Shown one piece after another: positions 53,300 to 64,000 of a stretch of 64,000 nt of DNA. The position numbers and the translations under genes were made by a program. This DNA comes from Scenedesmus sp. PABB004 (taxonomy: Eukaryota), in NCBI GenBank assembly GCA_014905635.1, contig CM026548.1, positions 186,001 through 250,000 of the forward strand, given 5' to 3'. How positions within the stretch are numbered: position 1 is the first letter of the stretch; every line of letters begins with the position of its first letter. The notes under the pieces are model-generated. The model was given only the letters and a program-made list of their open reading frames with translations. It was not told where the DNA came from and did not search any database.

Positions 53300-54702
53300 A
53301 TGCAGGCCGCGCGCCGCTGCTCCAGCGCGCCCTTCACGCGCGCAGCGTCACGGACTGTCGTTTCAGCAGCCCGCGCGGGCCGTTCGAGGCGCGCCCGGCC
53401 GGCAATTCGGGCCATGTTCACCGGCATCGTCCAGGGCACCGCCGCTGTGGCGGGCGTGGAGGCGGCGGAGAACTTCAAGTCATTCCGCATTGCCTTCCCG
53501 CCCGGCCGCACGGAGGGCGTGGCGATTGGCGCCAGCGTGGCCATCAACGGCACCTGCCTCACGGTCACCGCCATCGACGGCGACGTGCTCGCGTTTGACG
53601 TCATGGCAGAGACGCTGCGCGCCACCAGCCTGGGACGGCTGCAGGTGCGGACAGGGGAGCGCCGCGGCGCGCCGGCTGGGGCGCCGGCGGGCGCGCCGCG
53701 GGCCGCGCGGCGGCAGCGGCGCGTCGGCAGCGGCGCGGCTGCGGCAGCAGCGTGGCTGCGGCGCGGCGGCAGCGGCGGCGCGCCCGCGGCGGCGCCAGGC
53801 AGCTGCGCGCAGGCCGAGCCTGAGCAGCGGCCGCCGCCCGCGCCGCTGCCGCAGGCGGGCAGCGCGGTCAACTTCGAGCGCTCGGCGCGCGTGGGTGACG
53901 AGATCGGCGGCCACACCGTGTCGGGGCACGTGCACTGCACCGCGTCCGTCACGGCGGTCGAGGAGACGCCGAACAACAGGCGCGGCGCGGCGGCGGGCGG
54001 GCGGCGGCAGGGGCGGCCGGGCGGAAGGGGCGGCCGGCGGCGCGGCGCGCGCTGTGGCCCGCGTGCGGCGGCGCCCCGCGCGGCTGCCGATGGACGCCCG
54101 CCGGCGCCGCGTGCTGGCACCGCGCAGGCGCGTGACGTTCAAGCTCTCCGACCCCAAGTGGGCCAAGTACGTGCTGCCAAAGGGCTTCATCGCCGTCGAC
54201 GGCTGCAGGCGCGGCGCTAGCAGCACGCGTGGCCACGGCGGCGGCGGCGCGCCGAGCGCGCGCCGCGCAGCCGCGGTTGACGCCGCGCGCGCCGTGCCGA
54301 CGCGGGCCCGCCGCCGCGCGCGCAGCCTGACCGTGGGCGAGGTGGAGGGCGACACGTTCAGCGTCTACCTCATCCCAGAGACGCTGCGCGTGACGGTGCT
54401 CGGCGCGCGGGCGCCCGGCGACGCCGTGAACATCGAGATCGAAGCCCAGACGCAGGCGCGGCGCGCGGCGCGCGGGGGACCCGGGAGGGGGCGGCTCGGC
54501 AGCGCGTGCGGGGCTGGCGCACGCGCACGCGCCGACGCTGACCTGGCGCCGCGGCGGCGCGCAGGCGATCGTGGACACGGTCGAGCGCGTCGTCGCGCAG
54601 TACGTGGCGCACGGCGGCGCCGGCGCGGCGGCGGGCCTCGCAGAGGCGGCGGCGGCGGCGGCTGGCAGCGGCGGCGGCGGCGGCGCGCACGTGGGGCATT
54701 AG
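53300..54702 (+). CDS. Riboflavin synthase (alpha chain), plastid-targeted, 5 exons
   Basis: Transit peptide, then MFTGIVQG, GASVAINGTCLTV, VNFERS..GGHTVSGHV, KGFIAVDGCSLTV, LIPETL. Confidence 0.96.
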
Positions 54703-54884
54703 CGGCGGCGCTGCGCGGCGCTGCAGGCGGCGGCGTGTGTGGCCGCCGCTGGCAGAACCCCGGCGCGCGTCGGACCGGTTTCGGAGGGCGCTCACGGCCT
54801 GCAGCGGCGCCCAGTCACTCCCCCGCGCTGCTGCGAGGGCCGCACAGCGATCGGCACTCTTCTGGCAGCAGCGCGCCGCTGCTG

Positions 54885-55980
54885 ATGCGCGGCGCAGCAG
54901 CCCGAGCAGCCCGCGCCGCCACTCCCATCGCCATCTGTCGCGGCAGCTTTCGTGCCGCTATCGGAGCCGCCCGGACGCCCAGCGCGACAGCAGCAGCGAC
55001 AGCAGCGGCGATGGCACCGAGCACCGCCGCCGGCGGCGGCGACGAGCCGCAGTGCTTCTGGATGGGCCCCGGCACGCTCAAGTGCGCGCCGCAGCGGCCA
55101 GGCGTGGCGGCAGCCAGCCAGCACGCCCCCCGCCGCCGCGCCGGCACCGAGGCCGCGCGCCCGCGCTGGCGCCCGCGCCGCAGGATCGACCGCGCCCTGT
55201 TCCACGGCCCGCTGCGCGCGGGTCTCGTGGCGCGCCTGCAGGCCGCCCTGCCGGAGGGGCAGCGCGGCATCGCGCTGATCAAGGCGCGGCGCGGCGCAGT
55301 GCACTGCTGCTGTGCAGCGCGCAGCGCGGCGCAGTCAACTGCTGCCGTGCAGCGTGCAGCGCGGCGCGGCGCAGTGCACTGCTGCTGTGCAGCGCGCAGC
55401 GCGGCGCAGTCAACTGCTGCCGTGCAGCGTGCAGCGCGGCGCGGCGCAGTGTACTGCTGCTGTGCAGCGCGCAGTGCGGCGCAGTCAACTGCTGCCGTGC
55501 AGCGTGCAGCGCGGCGCGGCGCAGTGCACTGCTGCTGTGCAGCGCGGCGCAGCGCGCGGCGGCAGCGCGCGCGCGGCACCAGCGCGCGGCGCCGAGCCCC
55601 CGCCGGCCGCACCGTGCCGCGCCGCGCCGCCGCCGCGCAGGGCGGCGACGTGCAGAGCGTCTACTCGACCGACGGCGAGATGCTCTTCCGTCAGGACGTG
55701 CGTGCGCGCGCCCCAACGCCGCAACGCCGCGCACCGCACAGGCAGCGCCGCGCGGCCCCCCGCCCCCTCCTGCTGACCCTCCGCCGCCACCTGCTGCCCC
55801 ACCCACTCCCACACACACACGCACCCTCCCCTCCCCGCCAGGCGTACCTGCACTACTTGTTCGGCGTGAACGAGGACGGCTTCTGGGGCGCGGTCGACGC
55901 GCGCGACGTGCGCACGCCCCGCCGCCCCCTCCCCCGCCCCGCGCGCCGCGCCGCGCCGCCGCCAGCGCTGCCGCTGCCCG

Positions 55981-56051
<71 letters not shown>

Positions 56052-59000
56052 CCGCCCCCTCGCACGCACGCGCGCGCGCGCTCTCAACCAGCCCCCATCC
56101 AAACCCCAAACCCCGCGCCCCGCCCGCCCCGCAAAACCCTAAACCCCGCCAGGGCCGCTCCTACCTGTTCATGCCACGCCTGCCGCCCGCGTACGGCGTG
56201 TGGATGGGGCCGATCGAGGCGCGGCGCGCCGCGCCTGCGGCGGCGGCGCCCGCGGCGGCGGCCTGGGGTTCAGGGGCTCAGGGGCTCGGCGCCCGCGCCG
56301 CCGCCGCGCGCGCACCGTCCCGGGCGGGGCGGGTATACTCACACAGCCCACAACCACCCCCGCCCCGCCCCTGCCCCTCTCCCGCTCGACCCGCAGGGCC
56401 CCGAGCACTACCGGGCCAAGTACGCTGTGGACGTGGTCGCCTACGTCGACGAGATGCCCGCCACACTCGCCGCCGCCAACCCGCCCGCGCTGCACCTCCT
56501 CGCCGGCACAAACACCGACAGGCGCGCGCTGCCGCGCACGCTCTCCCGCGCCGCGCATGCCTCCCCCCGCCGCGCACGCGCCCGCCCCTGCTGCCCGGCG
56601 CGCCGCGCCTGCCGCCGCGCCGCGCGTCTCGCGCCGCGCCCCCCACGCACACACGCCTGCCTCTGCCGCCGCGCCGGCGCCGCCGCGCGCCGCCGCCACG
56701 CAGCGGGCTCGCGGTGTCGCCGCCGGCGTTTGAGGGCTCCGATCGCTTCAACGTCGAGACCGCGGCGCTGTGGCCCGCGCTGACCGAGGCGCGGGTGCGT
56801 GCGCTCGCTGCTGCGCGCCGTCGGCGGCGGCCGGCTCGGGCCGCGGAGCCTCAGCTTCGCGCCGCCCGAGGGCTGGCTGCTCGTGAACCCCACACACCAC
56901 CACCGCCTGCCGGTGGCAATGATAAAACAGCGCCCCCCCCCCCCCCCCGCCCGTTCAGGTGCACAAGAGCGCGGGCGAGGTGGCGTTGATGCGCTACGTG
57001 AACGACCTCGGCTCGCGCGCGCACGTGGCGATGATGCAGGCGCGGCGGCGCGGCGCGGCGAGCGAGGCGGGGGCTGCGCGGCGGGGCCTGGGCGGCGGGG
57101 CGCGCGTGTGCGGCGGCGTGCGCGTGTGCGGCGCGTGGGGCCTGGGCGGCGGCGCGCACGCACGCGGCGCGCGTTGACTCGCGCGCGCGGCGCACGCACC
57201 GGCAGGCTGCCAAGCCGGGTGTGATGGAGTACCAGATGGAGAGCCTCTTCAGGTGGGTGCATGCGTGCGTGCATGCGTGCGTGCGTGTGTGTGGGCAGGC
57301 TGCCGCCACGCGCGCGCCCGCGAGCGGCCCGCCGCGCCCCGGCGCCGCTGCCCCTTCAGGCACTTCACCTACGCCAAGGGCGGCTGCCGCAACCAGGGTG
57401 CGCGCCGTCGCTGCCGCTGCGCCCCGCTGCGCCCTCTGCGCCCCTCTGCGCCCACCCTTGCCCACCACCGCGCCCGCCCGCCCACCCACCCGCCCGCCCC
57501 GCCTGCACCTGCCGCACCCCCCCCCCACACACACACACGCACCAGGTTACACCTGCATCGCCGCCAGCGGTCCGCACGGCGCCGTGCTGCACTACGGCCA
57601 CGCCGGCGCGCCCAACGATCGCCGCATGGCGGAGGGCGACCTCGTGCTCTTTGACATGGTGCGCCCCCGCGGGGTTCCGGTTGAACTGTCAAAACCCTAA
57701 ACCCACGCCCCGCGCCGCGCACGCCACCTGCTGCGGCACGGCGCCGCCCAGCGCGGCGGGCGCGCGCCGACGCCGGCGCCCCGCCGCCGCGCCGCGCGCG
57801 CTGTGCGCGCCTGCACACACGTGCCGTCCTGCCCCCCACGCCGCGCCGCCGCACCGCCGCGCAGGGCTGCGAGTACTACCGCTACGGCTCGGGTGCGCGC
57901 TCACCGCCGCCTCCCGCCGCCTCCCAGCCCCGCCCCGCCCCGCCGCCCCGCCGCCACAGCGCCCCGCCCTGTGTTCCGCGCCCGCCGCCCTCACCGCCGC
58001 GGCCGCACCCACCCCCGCCGCCGCGCCGTGGCCGGCCGCAGACATCACGAGCTCCTGGCCCGTGTCGGGGCGCTTCACCCCCGACCAGGCGCTGGTTTAC
58101 AACGCGGTGCTCGACGCCCACAGCGCCGTCATCGCCGCGATCGCCCCCGGCGTGTCCTGGCCCGACCTCCACACGCTCGCGTACCGCCGCATACTGGCCG
58201 GCCTCGCCGCCGGCGGCCTGCTCACGGCGCGGGGCGCACGCTGCGCCGCCGCCGCGGGCACGCGTGCATGCGCGCGTGCGTGCGCGCGCGCGCGCGCCCC
58301 GCCGGCGGCGGCAAACGCCCCAGCTCGTGCGCGCCGCCGCCGCTTTGCCGCCGCAGAGCGACGTGGAGGAGATGCTCGCCGCCGAGGTGGGCGCCCTCTT
58401 CATGCCGCACGGTGGGCGCGCTGCGCGCTGCGCGCTGCGCGCTGCGCGCTGCGCCACGCGCCGCCAGTCGTTCGCGCCCGCGGCCGAGCAGCCGTGCCGC
58501 CGCCGCCGCCGGCGGCCAGCGCAGTCAGCTCGGCGCCCGCCGCGCTGCGTGCAAACCTTGTAACCCGCGCGCCCGCCCGCGCGCGCGCCACCAGGCCTGG
58601 GTCACCTCATCGGTATCGACACCCACGACGTCGGCGGCTACGGCGACGGCCACCCGCCGCGCATCGACCGCCCGGGTGCGCGCCCGCGCCCACGCCCCAT
58701 GCCCGCCCCCCGCGCCTGCCGCCCGCGCCCCGCGCCCGCCCGCACCGGCGCCGCGCGCGCCGCGGCGCTGAGCCCCGCCGCGCCGCGCCGCGCGTCGCGG
58801 CGCTGAGCCCCGCCGCGCCGCGCCGCGCGTGCGTACGTGCGCGCGCGCCGCCTGCGGCAGGCTACAAGTCGCTGCGCACGGCGCGTGCGCTGGAGGCAGG
58901 CATGATCATCACGGTCGAGCCGGGCTGCTACTTCAACCCGGTGCTGCTCGAGCCGGCGCTCAAGGTACGCGGCACGACGCGCTGCGCTGCGCTGCGCTGC

Positions 59001-59526
59001 GCTGTGCAGCGCTGCGCGGCGCAGCGCGGCGCAGCGCACTGTGCCCGCACACGCGCGCGAGATTGCGCGCGCCGCCGCCCGGCGGCGCCCGACCCGTCGC
59101 GCGCGGCGCGCGCGGCGCGGCGCAGGACCCCGTGCACAGCCGCTTCCTGGTCGCCGACGCGCTGTCGCGGTTCAGCGCCATGGGCGGCGTGCGCATTGAG
59201 GACAACGTGCTTGTCACTGACACCGGTGCGCGGCTGCCCGACGCGGCGGGCGCGCGCGCCACGCACAGCGCACAGCGCGGCGGCGCCGGCTTGAGGTTGC
59301 GCGCGCGCTTGACCCCGCGCGGGCCCCGCGTGACCGCGCGCACCGCCGCCCGCCAGGCGCGCTGAGCCTGACGGACGTGCCCCGCACCGTGGCCGAGGTG
59401 GAGGCGGTCATGCGGGGCGAGCCCTGGGCCTTCAAGGGCGCGCAGCCTGGCGCCGCGCTGCCGATCGACGACACAGCGAACACCGTTGCGGGCGTCCCGG
59501 CCGCGCCGGGCGTCGCCGTGTGCTGA
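54885..59526 (+). CDS. Xaa-Pro dipeptidase (prolidase, M24B), 18 exons
   Basis: [93 protein letters not shown]. Confidence 0.95.
55284..55550. repeat. 75-bp tandem repeat (about 3.5 copies) in a prolidase intron
   Basis: gcagtg(c/t)actgctgctgtgcagcgc recurs at 55296, 55371, 55446 and 55521. Confidence 0.95.
55984..56049. repeat. (CT)n microsatellite in a prolidase intron
   Basis: About 33 CT units. Confidence 0.98.
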
Positions 59527-60174
59527 GCTTAGCTAAGCTGAGCGCGCGACTGACCGCGCGTGCTGCGAGCGCTGTGCGGCGGGGTGACACATGATCCTTT
59601 ACCCCTTGCCTCGCCAAGAAGGAGGAACCAGACACACACCGGCCTCCTCCGACACGCCTCGCCCGCCTGCCAACCATGCCGCCGCAGCCGCCCCAGGCCA
59701 TACGCCGCGTCCCGCTCCAGGTCCCTCTCCCAGCCGGCAGCACTGAGCCGCGGTGGTGCTGAGCAGGAAAACCTGTACCTCTGTAGCAAGTAGCATGTAC
59801 CGCATGTGCAGCAAGCGCCCTCCTCCCCGCTAAGCAGCAGCGCCCTCGCCGACGAGCGCGTGCGCTGAAATGACTCGGGCGGCGGGCGGCGGCGGTGCGC
59901 CCCAGAGCTGTGCAGATGGTGGTCACCAACTGCGGTGCCACACAGCCGGCGCGGCCGGCGCTGCGCTGCGCGGCGCGGCCGGCCCATACAGGCCCTGTGC
60001 AGGTTCTCAACGGTTGCGTTGACCGTTGGATGGGCGCCCCAGATCGATGCGCAGCTGTGGCGTGGATTGGATTGTGTTGGTGTTGTTTGTTGCGGGTCGC
60101 TAGCACGCTCTGCCGTTCGCCGTCATCAAAATGAAACTATGTGCAAGCACGGTGCGCGTGGCGCGCACATCCAC

Positions 60175-60290
60175 GCACACACCCGCTGCAAGAGTTGCGC
60201 TGGCCCCCACACACGCCCCCACACACACCCGCTGCAGGAGTTGCGCTGGCCCCCACACACGCCCCCACACACACCCGCTGCAGGAGTTGC
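60175..60290. repeat. 46-bp tandem repeat (about 2.5 copies) downstream of the PHO4 stop
   Basis: acccgctgca(a/g)gagttgc at 60181, 60227 and 60273. Confidence 0.9.
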
Positions 60291-60439
60291 CCCCCCCCCC
60301 TTCCCCGTGCGCCCAGGCGGGCGGGGCGGGCGCGCGGCACGCGCCGTCGCCGCCGCGCCTGCCGGGCGCGCGCGCAGGGGCGCGGCCGCAGCGGGCGCCT
60401 CGCGTGGCGCGGCGGCCGGCCGGCCGTCCGGCGGCGCGC

Positions 60440-63400
60440 TCAGGGCATGGTGGCGTTGAGCCCCGCGCCCATGTCGGTGCCGTTGAGCCCCGCGCCCGCG
60501 TCGGTCAGGTTGTTCGCCCCCGCCGCGTCGGCGAGCAGCGCGTCGGCGGCCGCGAGGTCGGCGGGGGGCATGAGCATGGTGTTGGTCATCTGCAGCGCCT
60601 GCGTCGCCGAGGCGACCTGGACCACGTCGTCGGCCGAGGTGAGCCACCTGTTGTTGCTCGGGCCGGCGAGCTCGTTGGTCTGGTTGTACAGGTCGTAGAT
60701 GCTCTGGTTGAGCTCCGGGTTGGCCGGCACGGCGTCAAAGTTGGTCGCGTTGAGGTAGAGCAGCGTGTCGTTGGTCTGGCTCAGCATCGCCTTGCGCAGC
60801 GCCACGAGCTGCGTCGCGTCGGGCTGGCTCGGCGTGTGGCTGCCGAGCAGGAAGAGGATGGCGCTGATGAGCGCGGCGATGACGAGGGTGGCCACCCAGC
60901 CTGGGGTGCAGGCGGGGGTTGTGCGGGCGCGGCGGTTCAGGGGCGGTTCGGGCGGCGGCGCGGCCGGGGCCACGCGGCGCGCGGCGGCGGCGGTCGCGGT
61001 CGCGTCTCACCGAGGAACATCTTGCCGTACAGCGCCCAGTTGAGCGCCTTCCAGCGGCCCTCCGCGATGCCGCCGCCCGCGGTCGCGCCGGTGATGGTGT
61101 GCGTGGTCGAGAGGGGCAGGCCAAACGCGGAGCCGACCGCGATGACAAAGCTGGTCGCGAGCTCCATGCAGAAGCCGCGGCTGGGCGTGATGTGGGTGCA
61201 CTTGACGCCGAGCACGCGCATGATGTTGTAGCCTGGCGGAGGCGGCGCGAGGCGAGGCGGCGGCGGCGGGCGGGGTGAGAGCAAGCGGGTGAGAGCGAGC
61301 GGCGGCGGCGGCCGGCAGCGGCGGCAGCGGCAGCGGCAGCGGCAGCAGCGCGGGCCGGCGGAGCGGGCCGGCGGGGCGGGGCCGCGCACCGTAGGTGGCG
61401 AGGCCGACGACGATGCCGGAGCCGCCGAGCGCCAGAATCCACAGGTACACGTCGCTGCGGGGCCAGGGGCGCGGCGGGGCGGGCGGCGTCGGCGGGCGGG
61501 AGGCTGACGGGCGGCGCGGCGCGGCGGGGCCGCAGCGGCGGAGTCTGCGCGCGGCGGGGGTGCGCGCGGCGGGGGCGCGCGCCTGCTGGAGGAGGGCACG
61601 GCCAAGGTGTTGTACACGACCAGCGCGGCGGCAAAGGAGCCGATCGCGTTGGCTGGCGGCACGCGGCGGCGGGCGGGGCGTGCGTGAGCCGGCGGCGCGG
61701 GCGGGGGCCGCAGGCGCCGCGGGTGCAGCCAGGCCAGCCCGCGCGTGCGGCTGCCGCGGGGTCAAGCTCACCGACGTCGTTGGCGCCGTGGGCGAAGCTC
61801 ATCGCGCAGGCGGAGATGACCTGGAGGACCTTGAACACCTGCTCCGTGCGGGGGTCAAACTTCTCCGCGTCGGCGTGCATCGTCTGCGGCGGAAGCGGTG
61901 GTGGCGCGGCGGGGTCGGCGTCGGCGGCGTCGGCGGCACGCGCGCGCGCGGGCGGGCGCGGGGGAGACCCAAGCGCGCCCGCGCGGCGCGGCGCAGCCCC
62001 GCGCACGCCAAGCCCTCGCGCTCCCCGCACCTGGAGCTTGTCGTCGTCAGCGATGTCATTGTGGATGTCGTGGGTCACGCCCTTGAGCGCGGCGTTCCTG
62101 CGCGGCCGACCGGCGCGCGGCACGCGGTGTCAGCGGCGCGGCCGGCGCGCGGCGCGCACGCCGCGGGCCGCCGCGCCCTGCCCCGCGCGCCGCGCGCCGC
62201 GCCGCGCCTGGCGCGCTTGAAGAAGGCACCGATGCTGCGGTCGGCCGGGTCGACCTCCACGGGGCCCAGCGCCGCGTCGACGCGCTTCTGGAAGGCGTCC
62301 TCCTCCACGTCCTTGTGCCCCGCGCTGCCCTCGCCCTTGGGCAGCGTAGAGTGCTGCTCGTCGTACTCACGCACATACTTGCGCATGACGGGCCAGAGCG
62401 CGAGCGAGCCCAGGATGCCGGCGCCGGCGGCCGCGACGGCCGAGATCCACGCGGCGGTGTTGACGTCAATCTTCACAATGGCGCGCACGCCCTTGGTCTG
62501 CGCGGCGACGCGCGGCGCAGGCGGGCGGGCGCGGGCGCGCTCGGCCGCGGCGGCGCGCAGCGTGCGGCCGGCGTGCGGCGTGCGCCGCGGCGCCTCCTTG
62601 TGCCCCCCGCGGCCGCACGCACCAGGATGAAGAACAGGGAGACAAAGATGGTGGCGAATATGAGGAAGGGCAGCACCCAGAACGCAATCTGCGCGCCGCG
62701 GGGGCCGCCGCGCGGTCGGCGGCCGCGCCGCGACGCAGGAGCCCCAGGCGCGGCGCCGCGACCCGCGCGCGCGCGGCGGCGCGCGCGCGCGCGCGCGGCG
62801 CCGCGCCTTGGTGGAGTTGGCGCGGCGCAGCACGAAGGTGCGGATGACGAGGAAGAAGATCAGGCAGAAGATCGCCGCCGCGGCGGGGGAGAGGAACCAG
62901 GAGATGACGATCGGCACGATGCCGCCGACGTAGGGGAAGTCGGCCTGCGGTTCAGGGCGAGCGGCGGCGCGGGGCGGCGTGCTGAGCGGGCGCGCTGAGC
63001 GGGCGGCGGCGGGCGGGGGCCGCGCGCGCGTGTGCGGGCCTGGCGGCGGCAGCGGGCGCGGCGCGGGCGCACCTTGGGCTCGTACCACACAACCGCACTG
63101 GGGCCGCCAAAGGCCATCGCAAAGCCAATGACACCGCCGATGATGGAGTGCGTGGTCGACACGGGCAGCTCAAAGTAGGTGGCCGTCCTGGCGGGCGGTG
63201 GCGGCGGCGGTGGCGCGCGTCGGCGGCGGGCGCGGCGGCGCCAGGGCGCGTGCCCGCGGGCACACAGCGAGGCACGACGACGAGGCACACAGCGGGCTAG
63301 CGCGCGCGGCACACAGCGGGGGACGGCGGGCGCAGGGAGCGTGCTCACAGGATCCAGATCATGGACGCCGTCTCGGCGGTGAGCATGCCAAACATGAAGA

Positions 63401-63792
63401 GCGCGGGGTAGTTCTTGAATGTGCTGGTCTTGGCGATCGACCCCGCGATCGTGCGCGTGACCTGGCCGCCGAGCGTGATGGCGCCGAGCATCTCAAACAC
63501 TGCGGCGATGCAGACCGCGCTCCAGAGCTTGAGCGTCTTGGAGCCGACCGATGTGCCGAACGAGTTGGCCACGTCGTTGGCGCCTGCGCGCGCGCGCCGG
63601 GGGATTGGCGGCAGGCGGGCGGGCGGCGGGGGCGTGCGCGTCACGTCCACCCGCGCGCGCGGCTGTCCAGCAGCGGCCGCTCCAGGCGGAGCGGCCGACA
63701 GCCCGGCGGCGCGGCCCCCAGGGGCGCGCACCGATGCCGTAGGCATCGAGCCAGGCCACAATGCCGTGGATGACGATCATCCATGTGTACTC
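60440..63792 (-). CDS. PHO4/PiT family phosphate transporter (PTB-type); first exon not identified, possibly outside the window
   Basis: Two GANDVAN signatures ([32 protein letters not shown]), [32 protein letters not shown]. Confidence 0.95.
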
Positions 63793-64000
63793 CTGCAGGG
63801 GAGGGCAGCAGAGAGGGCGGCGGCGGCTCGTGGGAATCGGGCGCCGCGCACGCCCAGCCGCCGCCGCCGCCGCCCCGCGCACGCCCTCCCGGCCGCTGCG
63901 AGGCGCGGCCGCCGTGTCGAGCGCCTGTCCCAGGCCGCGCGCGAGCTGTGGCGCGCGGCTCGGGGCGCGATCCAGGCCGGCCAGGGCTTCGAGGCGCGCG

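Noticed and set aside
53640..54570. cag|gcg direct repeats at both intron ends, suggesting Introner-type TSDs
   Set aside because: Explained by splice consensus plus GC bias; the introns share no recognisable family sequence or terminal inverted repeats
55284..55550. CRISPR-like palindromic repeats
   Set aside because: No unique spacers, no cas genes, and the array lies inside a eukaryotic intron
59526..59539. 14-bp palindrome agcttagctaagct at the prolidase stop
   Set aside because: Too short and single-copy; no function inferable

Overview
Extremely GC-rich, intron-dense eukaryotic nuclear DNA. The TGTAA poly(A) signals, plastid-targeted genes and CEP131 point to a chlorophyte green alga, probably Sphaeropleales-like; the species cannot be determined from the sequence. 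The supplied ORF track is mostly GC-driven noise, so I rebuilt genes by hand-splicing. About 20 tightly packed genes: GCN5, PRA1, a secreted GH16, 3-hydroxybutyrate dehydrogenase, a receptor-like kinase, p115/USO1, two tandem 2-Cys peroxiredoxins, a Psb27-like protein, CEP131, an unknown low-complexity protein, a ZIP transporter, Mini-RNase III, lipoyl synthase, a Nup188-like nucleoporin, HPRT, a Zn-ADH, riboflavin synthase, prolidase and a PHO4/PTB phosphate transporter. Most notable: (1) roughly one in five introns (about 26 of about 130 by hand count) needs a GC donor; (2) two unrelated perfect 25-28 bp inverted repeats sit inside introns (miRNA-like, one with two alternative folds); (3) a tandem duplicate of the plastid peroxiredoxin has a signal peptide in place of the transit peptide and one extra GC-AG intron. 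Several single-base frameshifts in G/C runs look like consensus errors. CDS coordinates are gene spans including introns.
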